DNA of 64,000 nucleotides from Anthoceros angustus (GCA_010909165.1 MU008166.1:744001-808000); one strand, 5' to 3'; positions 12,773 to 24,917 are shown, counted from the first letter of the stretch. Numbers and translations are program-made. The notes: a model not told the origin generated them from the letters alone.

Positions 12773-13409
12773 GAGTTCTCATGGTACGCGCGGCCAGGCG
12801 CGCGATGCATCCCCAGCACTGGCTGCAGTGATGGTGCAATCACGAAAAAAGTGGGTGTCGATTCTCTTCGTCTACATACCTTGTCACTTGTCATGGCGGC
12901 GTCAAGTCCACCGGGTCTTGGGTATTGCATCGCCTTGGAATCAGTTGTCGCACTCAATACCAGAAGTGTGCTTAGAATTCCTCAAAAGAACTTCTCCCTC
13001 ATTGTGCATATCAAGAGTTTGATTACGCATTGCGGCGGACTTCATACTTCCAAGCCCATAGAATGTACCCAACCACAATCTTCATGTCCTCAACGCATCC
13101 ATATACCCGTTCACCCAGGCCGGATGGGATCAAAATTCTCCTGTAGAGTCGGTTCCTTCTTCATGTATGCACCATTCCTTGTCCAAGAGCCTGCTCGATA
13201 GATCTGTGCAAATCTCGATCAACACATTTTCGGTCAGAGAAAGGATTCTCCAATGTGGTCCCGCACAATCCGATATCATCGAAAAATTTTGATGCCCATC
13301 AGCCCGATGCCCTTGCTTGGCTTGGGCCTCATTGTGATGTCCCTTGTGAAGGCCACTCTTCCTATCGGATGCTCCTTGTGGGAGGAGAGTCGACTTTCCA
13401 GTGATGGTG

Positions 13410-16200
13410 CGGATGTTGGTTGTCCCAAGTAGGGTCGCTTTCTTCGGTCTTCGCACTTCTTTCCCCTTCTTAGGGTTATCCGGACCTTTTTGCCATCTTT
13501 CTCCTTCTTCTTGCGGCCCCTGATTGACTCAAGTCTTGAAGGTCGATGGGTGCGCATGTTCCTTGAACCAAGTGTAGTTGCGGCCGCTTAAGATCTCCTG
13601 CGCCATCTCTTTGGCAAAAAAAACCGGATGTCCACGTTTGTGTGGTTTGGTGGTCAACTCTTCCTCGTCAGGAAACACTTCATGGCACATGTCATTCGAT
13701 GAATATTGTGCTCCTCTCTTGGTCACTCTGTTCCTCCCTTCGATAATGCATAGTATTCCACTTAGCTTCCAAGCATCCATCTATAACCCATTCCCTCTTT
13801 ACGTGAATAGGTCATATAGACCATCAACCCTATTGGCTTTTGGTAAGGAGAAACAACATGGCCATCGTTGGACACATTCAAAAGTTTCTTCACATTGCGC
13901 TATCGAATAAGCGAGCATTGCTCCAATCTTGCCGCACTATTGGACAATGCGCACTTCCTCATATCTTCAGGTTGGGTGAACACCATACCCCATCATGTAC
14001 TCATGATTCTCGTAAAGTCCTCGTCAGAGACCAAATTGTCTTTCTCCCGGACCATTGTATAAACCCCCTTTTCACACCATTTTCGCGGTGCATTTGGACA
14101 TCCGCATGCAGTCCATGCATGAATATCACGCGGAAAGTCTTGCATTCGGTGATTGTCATGAATCCATCCATTATCTTCTCCATATCCTCACATGTCATCT
14201 CCTTATCCCATGTCTCCGATAAATTGCCCCTTGGTAAATCGGCGACCAACGACTTGTATTCTCTTTTCCCCAAGTAGGCAGCCATTTCACGAATATCACC
14301 GGTTATTACAGTAACGGACCTTTGCTTGCTTTTGAACATGGAAAATGTCTAGTTTTGCGTCGTTGTCTTCCTCTGACTCTCTCGCAAATCTTCCACCCTC
14401 TTCCAATTTCTTGCCGCATTGATGTGCTCTTTGAAGCTATCGGGTATCATCTTCTCTTTGTACTCTTACTGCTTGATTATGCACGGGATGGAGCGTTCAT
14501 AGGTCGAACATGAAGGCAGTGCGCAAACTAGTTTTGCGCACTTGCTAACTCGGAACTGTGCCACAATGTGATCAAACACGGTTGAAATTTCGCTATATCT
14601 TACGGTGTTGAGTGCCTCGGATATTCTCGCTCAACACGCAAATTGCACCTCGGTCGAGCAAAATCATGCGGATGACATTCAACTTCTTGGCCTTCGTTAT
14701 CCACGTTTTCATGCCGCTCACGGTCAACTCGCCTTGAATCACTTTCTCCAGTATGACTAATCCTTTCACGCTTCACAGGCATGCCAGAAAACTCTCCAAT
14801 TGGTCGCATGCATTGGCTTTATCATCAAATTTGGATCCGCAATGCGGCTCATGTCAAGACGCGTTTTGATTTCCCTCTTGCTGCCTTTCTTCCGGTTACC
14901 TTGCTGGAAGCTCACCCCTCTCCCAAAGATCGAAAACCTCGTCCACCCGTGTCCACACATGAGGCGGACACTAGCAATGCAGGCAGCGGTTTACGGTCGA
15001 CAAGTCGTGCATTTCTTCCCGATCGCGTCGCCGATGGCGCCTAGCATCCGATATAGATTGTACTTCCAATCCATTGTAATGCTAATACCCTCTTAAATTT
15101 TCATTTCATCGTGAATATCGGACTTGCTCAATGAAAGACATCCTCTTAGAAATCGCCTTGACATTGTGATCGTGGCGGACACCGCATCTGCACAGGTTAA
15201 GCTGCATATATATGAGCTTCCATATCGAAGTGTGAGTTCTCCGGGTCTTGCGTGCAGGCGTTGGAGCAGAAGGTGGTTCCCACCAATACTCCCATGGTGT
15301 CTGCTGCCTTTTCAACTTGTCTTTGTCAAAGACCTCTACGCTTCGCACTCCTTGGATCGATCATACATAGCGAAGTACTCCCTCTTGCAGGTCCCTTTTA
15401 ATTTCCGGAGAAGATGTTTTCCCCATGATTCATCCACTCTTGGATGGCGTCACGAGTAATGTAGTCTGCGCTTCTCAACTTGGTGATGGCAACCATATCT
15501 GTCGGAATGCACCTCTTTTTTGTCTTGACTCTCGAATTTGATGTAACGTCCTTATCTTTGTTGGGCTCGCTCCACTCTGTCGTTGTCTCGGCCTGACTTT
15601 GGTGATGTGTGACCCGTCGTGTGTCTTCAATGTCATTACTCTTCCTCTTTTCCCTTTTGGTTTACCTTTCGTCCTTGCGGTGGCTGGAACATCGCGTCTA
15701 CCTCCTTGAGGTTGGTTGTACAGGCTCGCTCCTTCGATTCTTTGACCCTCTTGTCCAAACTTTGTAGAAGCTGCTGGGCATCGTCCAATGCATGGCGATT
15801 CTTGGGACATTTGAGCGTTTTGAGCCACCCTCGCTATGTATATCCTCTCTGTTGTTGTCGTGCTTCAACTCGGTTGTCGATGCATCTCGTCGTCCTCAAC
15901 ATCTTCATTTGCGGTTTCATGCTCTTCATATTCGCACTATCGTCATCCGAATATCTATACTGCTGGAAGTACCTCTCATTTCTGTTCCATTGAATCGTCA
16001 TGAATTTCCCATATTGGTTGGTGATAGCGGTGCTTTGGTCGTGGTTCGTTGCTTTTCCTAGCCTCTCCATCGCTATCTCGGAGGATCGCTTTTCCTAGCT
16101 TGTTCGCCATCTTCATCATCATCAACCCGAACTATTTCTTTTGGACAAGCCGCATAGTCCCGAATATGCATCACAAAGACAACCACGCCTCCATTAACCG
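13410..16200 (-). pseudogene. ParB-like + beta-class DNA methyltransferase-like gene, copy 2 (frameshifted, 3'-truncated)
   Basis: IGGNH at 15287-15273, DLPRG at 14240-14226, PYQKP at 13848-13834, then WVIDGC.GS.SGIL...EGRN. Confidence 0.7.
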
Positions 16201-16305
16201 GATGCATCAACGAAACATCCATTGACGGGTACACAAAGGCGGGCACCGGTCGTCCCGCTTCCGGACGGGAGAGTCCATCTGTGCCAATGCGCAAAGCGGG
16301 TCTAA

Positions 16306-16720
16306 TGCGCGCACTTGTGCGCGCACAAGTGCGCGCATGCGCGCATGCGCGCATGCGCACTTGCGCGCGCATGCGGCGCAGAGGAAGTGCGCGCATGCGC
16401 GCGCGCGCATGCGCGCGCGCGCGCGCATGCGCGCACTTGTGCGCGCATGCGCGCACTTGCGCGCGCATGCGCGCACAAGTGCGCGCATGCGGACCCCGTG
16501 CGCGCACTTGTGCGCGCACGCCTCCTCATGCGCGCAAGTGCGCGCGCGCGCGCGCATGCGCGCATGCGCGCGCGCGCGCATGCGCGCACAAGTGCACGCG
16601 CTGCGCGCGCTGAAGTGCGCGCGCATGCGCGCGCGCGCGCCGCCCTCCGAGCACAAAGCGGAGAAGAGCGCCAGCGCGGGTTCTCATGGTACCCCAGTGC
16701 GCGCACTTGTGCGCGCCCGA
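16306..16720. repeat. GC-rich palindromic low-complexity tract, second copy
   Basis: Same unit types as 12396-12772, at the homologous position of the duplicated block. Confidence 0.9.
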
Positions 16721-18094
16721 ATCTCCCCGGCTGCGGTGATGGTGCAATCACGAAAAAAAATGGGGTGGTCGATTCTCTTCGTCTACATACCTTGTCACTT
16801 GTCATGTGGCGTCAAGTCCACTTCGCGGTCTTGGGTATTGCATCGCCTTGGAATCGTTGTCCGCACTCAATACCAGCGGTGTGATTAGAATTCCTCAAAA
16901 GAACTTCTCCTCATTGTGCATATCAAGAGTTTGATTACGCATTGCGCGGACTTCATACTTCCAAGCCCATAGAATGTACCCAACCACAATCTTACATGTC
17001 CTCAACGCATCCATATACCCGTTCACCCAGGCCGGATGGGATCAAAATTCTCACAGAGTCGGTTCCTTCTTCATGTATGCACCATTCCTTGTCCAGGCCC
17101 TTACGATAGATCTGCAAATCTCGATCAACACATTTTCTCGGTGAGAAAGGATTCTCCAATGTGGTCCACAGCACAATCCGATATCATCGAAAAATTTTGA
17201 TGCCTGTCATCGCTGATGCTCCTTGCTTGGGCCTCCTGTGATGTCCCTTGTGAAGGCCCACTCTTCCTATCGGATGCTCCTTGTGGGAGGAGAGTCGACT
17301 TTCTGGCAGTGATGGTGCGGATGTTGGTGGTTCATGACCACCACCCGAACCTCCTCTGCTGCACTCTTCCGCTTCCAAGCTCGTCCTTCGACATTGGCTT
17401 GTCCTTTTGCGTTTTGGAGGTTTGTGAGGTTGAGGCTCTACAAAGTTGGCTGTTTTGCACGCACCGCATGGGATGGACATGTCATCAACCGCAGATGCAC
17501 ACGTCAAGCATTAGAGGAAAACGGAGGCAACCTGCAGGAAAGAATGGAATGTTGAAGTTGTCTTCATTTCATGAAACAAGCCAAATTATAGATCCGAAAC
17601 GCTATTTCGGCTCCCTTCTGAGGCTCTTCTTCACAAGCCTCTTCACTCCTTTCGCCACAAACGCGAAACTCGGCACAACCAAGCAAGGCGCATGCCACAA
17701 GCAAACACTGGTGCCTTCCACACCCAAGCACCAAGGCTGCCATGACCCAAACACGGGTGCCTTTCACACCAAGCACCAAGGGTGCATAACATAAGCCAGC
17801 AACGAGGCTGGCTGCAACCAAGACCACCGCCTCGCCAAACGGAGACCGAGGCCTTTTGTCACCCACGATTTTGGGCGAACACACACAGTCGCGAAGACTT
17901 CACACCGGTTTATTCACTCGCGGTTGCCTTGCGTCCGACCGCCTCAAGCGCCATGAGGTTGCGCCGAGAGGTCTCTGGCCTATGTCACTTGGGCGCCCTC
18001 AACCGCCGATTCAAAGTACAGCGCGCCTGTTCAAAACGCGGAGCCCTTGTGCCGGATACCGCCTCCAATCAAGGATGCAGGTCGCCCACTAGCA

Positions 18095-18580
18095 ACGCGC
18101 GGATTCCTTGTCACCGAGAGACCCTTAAGTCGCAGATGCACATGGGAGATGCACGCCTACAAGAGCACCTGGAAGTCGCCCACCAGCAACGTGCGCGCTC
18201 TTGCCTATCTCACATGTGCGCATCCACGATTCTCGCAAACGGATGCCTTGTGTCGAAACGCCGCAATCGCTCAAGCAAGACGGACAAGAACGCTGTCTTC
18301 CCTATGTCGCTCCAACCGACCGATTCAAAGCACACAACTCATGCCCAACACGGATTCCTTGTCACGAGAGACCCTCAAGTCGCAGATGCACATGGGAGAT
18401 GCACGCCTCAAGAGCACACGAAGTCGCCCACCAGCAGCGGCGCTCTTGTCTCACATGTGCGCATCCACGATTCCCATGCAACGCGGATGCCTTGTGTCAG
18501 CGCGCAATCGCTCAAGCAAGTGCACAGCGCTCGCTCGCAGTCGACCAACAGCGCGCTCTTGCCCATGTCAGGCGGAAGGA
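18095..18580. repeat. Direct repeat of about 250 bp (2 copies) between the divergent transposon genes
   Basis: GGATTCCTTGTCAC..GAGACCC..AAGTCGCAGATGCACATGGGAGATGCACGCC starts near 18100 and again near 18352. Confidence 0.8.
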
Positions 18581-18729
18581 ATCTCAAACTTGCCTAACCG
18601 TGGGTTAACTAACTGCGGGTTGAAGGTTAGGTTAGGGTTTCCGTTATAGCCCTTATTTCAAGCCGAACGTTTGGTAATTAACATTGGCGGCTACTATAAC
18701 GGGTTAAACCTGCCACCATAATCATGTAT

Positions 18730-21700
18730 GCATATTTTAACGTTCAAACACAGATGGACAAACTCCATAGTACGCAGCACTTCTTCGTCTCATAGTTGGA
18801 CCACATCAAGTTTGAAGGAGCGGTGAAATGGGCGCTTCTCCATCCTACTCGTGCGGTCGGAGTCGGGCGAATGGAAGGCCATAAGCGTGGTTGGTCTCAA
18901 AATGTTTCACGGATTGATGTTTTTGTAGCCGCATCGCCTTCAGATCTCGTGCGGAAGATTGAGAAGGTGACAATCATGGACACCACTCCGAGCATGGAAG
19001 GCATCGGAAGGTCTCATCATCGATACAACTCCGGTTGAAGAAGGGAGGTAGGCCAAGCATTCGGATACCACGCCAAATCCGGACATTAGGAACGAGGTGA
19101 AGATGGAATGCAATGAAATTGTTTCTTCATCGCTCCATGGAGGAGGTCGGGAATGATGGGACCGAATTTTGCGGGAAGGAGGATGCGGGCACGAACACCA
19201 GCGGTGGCATCCAGCCGCATGTAATCCTCGAGTCCACATTGTCCGGCGTAGACATTATCCAAGCCGGAGATTGAAGAGGACCATGTCGGCGTTGAAGAAA
19301 TACACAACATGGTCTTCGCATTCAGCGAGTTGTTTTGCAATTGGGAAAGAAGAATATAGAGAGCCTCGGATATCGCTTGGGATTGCCTCGAATGAGGAAA
19401 TATATTTGCAAGGATTGCTCGAGGTAGAACAAGCAACCTATCGGTCGCAATGTTCTCAATTTTCTCCGGAGAGTTGCAATGTTGTGTCAAGTTTCGGAAA
19501 AGTGTTACGCATTGGATGGCGGAGGTATGAACATTTGAAGCAGTACTAACGAACACACCATAATCCTGAAGTTCCAAGGACGCCCAATCAAGATCATGTT
19601 CGAATGCATTGCTTGGATGGAAAAGTTTTTCAAGCTAAACAACGCATGCCCAATGTTTGATTTTAACTTGCGATTCATATACCAAAGGAGAGATATTCCG
19701 GGACTACAAGCGGGAGGTTTCAAGAGTCGGTTGACCAACGCTCTCATTCTCACATGCCTTATGGAAGAAACATTTTCCAAAAGTGAAGATACCAAAGTGT
19801 AGTCGTTTTTCAAAATCGTCCAATGCGAAGCGTTGAAGACTGCATCGAGATGACCAGAACCGACAAGAACAAGGTATTTCATATCCGAGTTCCTTTTGAC
19901 TTCCATGGAATCATGAGCACTCCGCCTCTTGTCTGCTTGTTCTCGCCCACTGCGCGCACTTGTGCGCGCGCGCGCGCGCGCGCGCGCACAAGCTCGCGCA
20001 TTCACACAGGAGGTAGCAACAGCGGATGGAAATGGGGTGCGCGCACTTGTGCGCGCGCTGCGCGCGCGCGCACTTGTGCGCGATCCCGTGCGGGTGCGCG
20101 ACTTGCGCGCACCGCACGGAGTGGAGCGCTCGCGATGACGGCGGCGCGCGCGCGCTGCGCGCGCTGCGCGCGCACTAAGGACAACGTTCGACCAAGTGAT
20201 CCATTTTATCGTGATGAGGTCCATGAGCAAGATCTTCGTGAACATCGGCCACGATCAAGAGAGCGACTAAAACTTGCAAAACATCGTTTGAAGTGTAAAG
20301 GCCACCGAGCAAATACATTGGTATGGCGATAGACGGATGGACCAAAGCAAGACGGAGCTCCACATTTTCCCGCCTCCAAAGGATTTTGCGGATGGTCTCA
20401 TCCGGGTCCATGTTGTGGGTTGTTTGGTATACAACAACATTATGAAGACCGTGGTGTATGTGAACTTCGAATATTCGAACGACGCCAACTTAACTATTCA
20501 TATCATCCGGATGTTATTCTCACATATGAGATGGTTACGCGAAGGCGTTTTACTTGCAACCGGACAACACACCAGAGAAAACAAGAATATGTTGTTGTTT
20601 GCATACTTGAGTATGCTTGTCGAAGCGGGTCTTCGATAAGGTGAAGGTGGGCTTCCTTCTTGTCGGGCACACACATGATGCGATTGACCAAATGTTCTCG
20701 TGCTTTTCTAAAAGCCTCGGGCACAAAAAGCAATGTCACTCGAAACCCTTATGAGTTTGCTTCATCGCTTATACACCCAATCCAAGTGAAAATGGTTTCG
20801 AGGTGGCCGATTTGAGCTTTGTCCGCCCAATGGGATGGGTAAAGAGGACACGAGATGCGTAAGGAATTTGCACAATCATAGTTATCGATCAATTCAAAAT
20901 TTCAAGGGAAGAAAGAGTCTGAGCCACTAATAGCTTCTTCGTGGCAAGGCACTTTCTACTTGTTCACATTGGGAACCGTTGGAGGGTTTGGAGTTCCTTG
21001 AGAATACCAAGATATAAGGGGCGCCTTTATGTCCACTTCAAGCGCATGGCAAACCCGCGACACGCATAAATCATTGAGCCATTAGGAAAGCCCTCAAGAA
21101 CCGATGCAAAAATATCTATCTCGGAAGACAAAGTATGGTGGAACTCGTTACGGGCATCACGATCGATATTTGCGACAAAATCGAGGAGGAGTCCATCGAG
21201 ATCTTCAAAAGCATGGGAGTGGTACAACAGGACGAGGCGGAACTTAAATCCCATCGACGTTCGGATGTCTTTGTTCCGCCCAGCTCGAACCCCGCAACTG
21301 GCCACATGTATGTCGGAATTTTAGGCCACCGGAGCGGACCATCGAGTTGGCGAGATTCGATGGGGATGTGTCCGAGATCGACGAGGCCATATGATTGCAG
21401 TCCCATGTGAGATGACGATCGTAACAGCCTTCGGATTGCAGTGGAAGACTTGGATTTCTTATGTGACGAACCTTACCTAGTTGTCCGGTGGGTGACAGAG
21501 AATAGCAATGCGTTTGAGGAAGGTACCTACCGAGGAGATATTGGCTCCACACAATGTGATAGAGAGGGTTTGCGACAACGGAGGCGACCCAAGCACTGGA
21601 TCGTGTTGATATCGGAGACATTTATTTTGGCATACGGGTTCTCGTTTGCAAGGGATAGCACTCTACAAGTCCGCATACGTGGAGCTTATCAAGACAAAGC

Positions 21701-21990
21701 TATTCGAACTTCAACATCTACCAGTGGAAGAAGGTACAGGTTGAAGATAACATGAGACCACCAAGTTCGAGAGGAGATGCATTGGAGGAAAATGATGATT
21801 TGGACGAAAATCGCGAAATCGAGGTGGTGTAGTTCGCCAAGCGCTGGTGATGAGACATCCGACTTCGATTCGGCCAATCGCGACAAGAACCCCGCGGCAG
21901 AGGCAACGGAACCGGACGGCATCGAACTTTTGAAGGCATGTTTGATGATGATCCGGCACAAGGTCACGAAGGAGACGGAAACACCGTAGA
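18730..21990 (+). pseudogene. DUF7869-type (Sola-like DDD) transposase, frameshifted and probably spliced
   Basis: AWMEKFF; LWKKHFPKVKIP..RFSK.xxC (about 19750-19840); IDGMDQSKT (about 20325); DANLTI; LQxDN..RENKN..FAYL..LVE; VKVGFLLVGHTHDAIDQMFS (20641-20700). Boundaries are approximate and the superfamily name is from recalled motifs. Confidence 0.8.
19950..20175. repeat. GC-rich palindromic tract inside the transposase gene (likely intronic)
   Basis: Same GCGCGCACTTGTGCGCGC units. It lies after a candidate donor AAG|GTATTT at 19874, and coding motifs resume near 20220. Confidence 0.8.
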
Positions 21991-22527
21991 GGATAGAAAG
22001 GTGATAGGGTATTCTTTGTACCTTTAGGGCATAGGGTAGATAGATGAGACTTGTCTATGTGGACGTCCGCCGATTTGTGCAACTTCTTATGTCGTCCAGG
22101 CTTCCGCCACATCCACAGACCTCCAAGAAGACATATTTCCTCAGTCGAATGATGTATTTCGCACTAGTTTTGCCTTGTGCGCGCTGAGTTTCATACCCTT
22201 GTTAGGCGCACTTATGCGCGCCTAGCCCCCAGTATACAAAACATATAGAACCACACAAATTGAAGAAACTCGACATGCGAAATTATGGAAGAATTGGTCA
22301 CTTCATCACACCGACAAAGTATCCATGCACACGAGTGCACGAGTGCAAGGCGCCATCAGGAAAATGACAGACAGAAGTGGTCCCGGGCCGAGAATGCCCG
22401 AATCCGATGGATCAACACCTACAAAACTTAACAAAAACCAGCCCAACTTCGGTTTTTTGCGGAATAGGGTTGGGATTTTTTCCAAAACCCCTTTTGACAG
22501 GAGAAACCCCTTTCAGAACAGACGCTG

Positions 22528-23390
22528 TTCTTATCATTACTTGCAAGGATGCAGTCGTCCACATAGAGGGCGAGGATTACCAAAGCATCCCCGGAACGGA
22601 GGATATAAACGTTACCGTCGGAGGGGCACTTCGTGAAACCGAGGGCGAGGAGTGTCTCGTCCATGAGGGCATTCCAATTCTTGGCCGACTGTTTGAGGCC
22701 ATAGAGACTGCCGAGGAGGAGGCACACCAAGTCCTCCTTGCCCTTGACTTTGTAGCCTTCTGGTTGGCGCATGTAAATCTCCTCTTCGAGACGGCCATAA
22801 AGGAAGGCGGTTTTGACGTCTAGCTGAACCACCTCCCAATCGTGATAGGCAGCAAGAGCAAGTATAACACGAAGGGAACTGATCTGGACGACGGGTGAAA
22901 GAGATTATTTGCGTCGTAGTTTGCGCCTGGTCGTTGTGTGTAGCCTTGGGCCACAAGCCGGGCCTTGTAGCGGTCGATGGTGCCGTCGGCGTTGTACTTG
23001 ATCTTGAAGGTCCATTTACTGCCTACAGCGGAGCGACCTGGAGGCAACTCACAGAGGCGCCAAGTGTTGTTATCTATGAGGGATTGGAACTCATCGTCGA
23101 CCGCCTTCTTCCACTGGGCAGCTTGAGGTCCTGAGAGGGCTGCAGTTAAAGTGGTGGGCTCTACGATGTCCGGGGTGGACACGAGTGCCTGAGTATAAGA
23201 GGGGGCGATGGAAAGACTTTTGAAATGTTCCAAGTTCTCCATAGCTTTCCTGTTGAGGGTACGCACTCGGGTAGAGCGCCGTAGGACAGGAGATGGGTTC
23301 GCCGGAGAAAGAGGGCGAGGGACCTCATCATCAGAGGAAGGAAAGAAGATATCCAGGCCCAAATCCTCGTCACCGCCAGGTTGTGGCAAC
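22528..23390 (-). pseudogene. Copia pol, integrase-RT linker and 5' part of RT
   Basis: RRSTR, EPTT..AL, WKKAVDDEFQSLIDNNTW, KWTFKIK, RYKARLVAQGYTQ, QLDVKTAFLYG.LEEEIYM.QPEG, LYGLKQS, LYVDD. Frameshift near 22900. Confidence 0.95.
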
Positions 23391-23411
23391 TGATACCATA
23401 TTGGAATGTGA
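23390..23411 (-). other. Second LTR-end + PBS junction fused directly to pol
   Basis: Minus-strand TCACATTCCAATA-TGGTATCAG matches the 5' LTR/PBS junction at 24930-24910. Confidence 0.75.
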
Positions 23412-23720
23412 AAGCCCCCCTTCACCCCCTTTAAACCCGAATAACGGTTCATAAGGGGGCCGGCTTGGGAACACCCGTCTTGCACCATTTTGGATCAAAT
23501 TTTGCGCTGAAATTGTGAATGGAGGGAATAATGATGATAGCTTGGATAATTAGGAAATTGAGTAGCAAAATGTGGGGCACCTTGTTTCCAATGCCTAGGA
23601 GCAAGTGGTAAATTGTTGTCTTCACGCCGAACGTGTATAGGGCAGCCGGGGTTCGGGCAGCGGCAATCCGCAATAAAGTCTAATAAATTCGTAGGAGGAT
23701 CATTTTGTTGATATGAACTA

Positions 23721-24258
23721 CAGTCGGCCCCCCCTAATTGGGAATTCTATAAATGGGATTCCTCTCTAAATGGGACCTCCCATCCTACTCCCTTTAGTTT
23801 ACAATGTAATAAATGGGACATTTCCCTAAATGATAATTGGGACCTTTTGAAACATACATTCATGTTAGTTTCACCTCCCTAAATAAGATTTCTAATTTTT
23901 TACTAATTTTTTTTTTAAAAAAAAGAAAAAAGAATCCATTATTTGAAAGCACAATAGACTTTTAGGTGTGATTGAAGACTCTTCAGCTAAGCTTTTTCCT
24001 TTATGATAGATAGAGGTTTTTTGATGCTGCTTAGAGAGAGTGCTAGCTTTCAAACAACTATATAAAGAACTGGTAAAAGTTATTTTTAGTGAAACCTATC
24101 AATCAAAATTTAAATTTTCTTTTTTGGGGTATTTTTTGATTTTTTTAAAGTTTATAACATTTTTATTATTTTTAAATAAGGAAAATACAATCGGGACACT
24201 TCCCTTAATGGGACCTCTAAAGGCATTCCGACCCAGTCCCAATTAGGGGGGTGGAATG
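23721..24258. mobile_element. Tc1/mariner-type MITE (538 bp)
   Basis: TIRs CAGTCGGCCCCCCCTAATTGGGA and CATTCCACCCCCCTAATTGGGA (reverse complement of the right end), TA on both flanks (23719-20, 24259-60), AT-rich non-coding interior. Confidence 0.85.
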
Positions 24259-24905
24259 TAGGTCGATAAAAACAGAGAACATCTGGTGGCGGCAGATGGT
24301 TAATCCATTGAGAGGCCCTAGAATTGCTCCCATAAATGTTTGTGGAAGCCCGCGCTCTAGATAAATGCCTGTTGCGTCTGCGTGTAGATGCGCTCTTGCG
24401 TCTTGCCATTATAAGTGGATAATGAGGCAAAAGTGCTGAAGGAGGAGAGAGCAATAATGCCCTCCCCATCTAAAGAGTGCATTTTTAAAGGTGGAGAGCG
24501 TAGCTCTACAAATCTAAACCTAGGGAGATAGTAGCAGATACTGACGCTAGGTTCTAAAATGTTTTAAGTTAATTCTTCTAAAGAGAAAAATTAATATAAT
24601 TAAAAACTTAGCCTACCTAATAAAAGGATTTAGCCTAAAGAGCACTTAATTATCCTGTGTGTAGGGAGCTAAGGTCTATGTCAAGGTTAGTATGTGTGCG
24701 TGGACATAGTCTTAGGCGAGTAATGCAACGTAAGTTGTCATAATTGCCTTGATTCGGTGCGTTCGAATCCATCAGCGAGCCAATGAAGGTTGTCAATGGC
24801 TTCCAGCCATAGCGGGACGTAGAGATCGCGTTTGGTCCACCATCGGCCAAGGTATAAGAGTAATCTTATCCTAGCCATTATCCTAGCCATGAGATCAAAT
24901 GACAT

Positions 24906-24917
24906 GCTTTGATACCA
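24906..24917 (-). promoter_or_regulatory. Primer-binding site (tRNA-iMet type)
   Basis: TGGTATCAAAGC directly follows the 5' LTR. The canonical plant iMet PBS is TGGTATCAGAGC. Confidence 0.9.

Larger units (their letters stand above)
9534..17317. repeat. Tandem duplication of about 3.9 kb (9534-13409 and 13410-17317)
   Basis: The two copies are colinear and differ mostly by small indels. Junction microhomology CGGATGTTGGT occurs at 9534, 13410 and 17318. Confidence 0.9.
9113..22527. mobile_element. 13.4-kb TIR DNA transposon (DUF7869/Sola-like transposase plus methyltransferase cargo) nested in the Copia RT
   Basis: Imperfect TIRs: left CAGCTTCGTTTACGAAGGGTTTCTCC, right (reverse complement) CAGCGTCTGTTCTGAAAGGGGTTTCTCC. 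Removing 9113-22527 restores the in-frame RT sequence YVDDCILASNDK-N-LLAKT. Transposase motifs lie inside. Confidence 0.85.

Noticed and set aside
12240-13201. Many overlapping 100-290 aa ORFs rich in A/R/C/H (also at 16073-16888 and 19505-20332)
   Set aside because: They arise from stop-free GC-rich repeat tracts read in all six frames.
18622-18641. Telomeric repeat (GGTTAGGTTAGGGTTT)
   Set aside because: Only 2-3 degenerate units, at most a telo-box-like motif.
9113-22527. Helitron, because of the A|T insertion without TSD
   Set aside because: No TC...CTRR termini or Rep/helicase motifs were seen, whereas TIRs and a DDD-type transposase are present.
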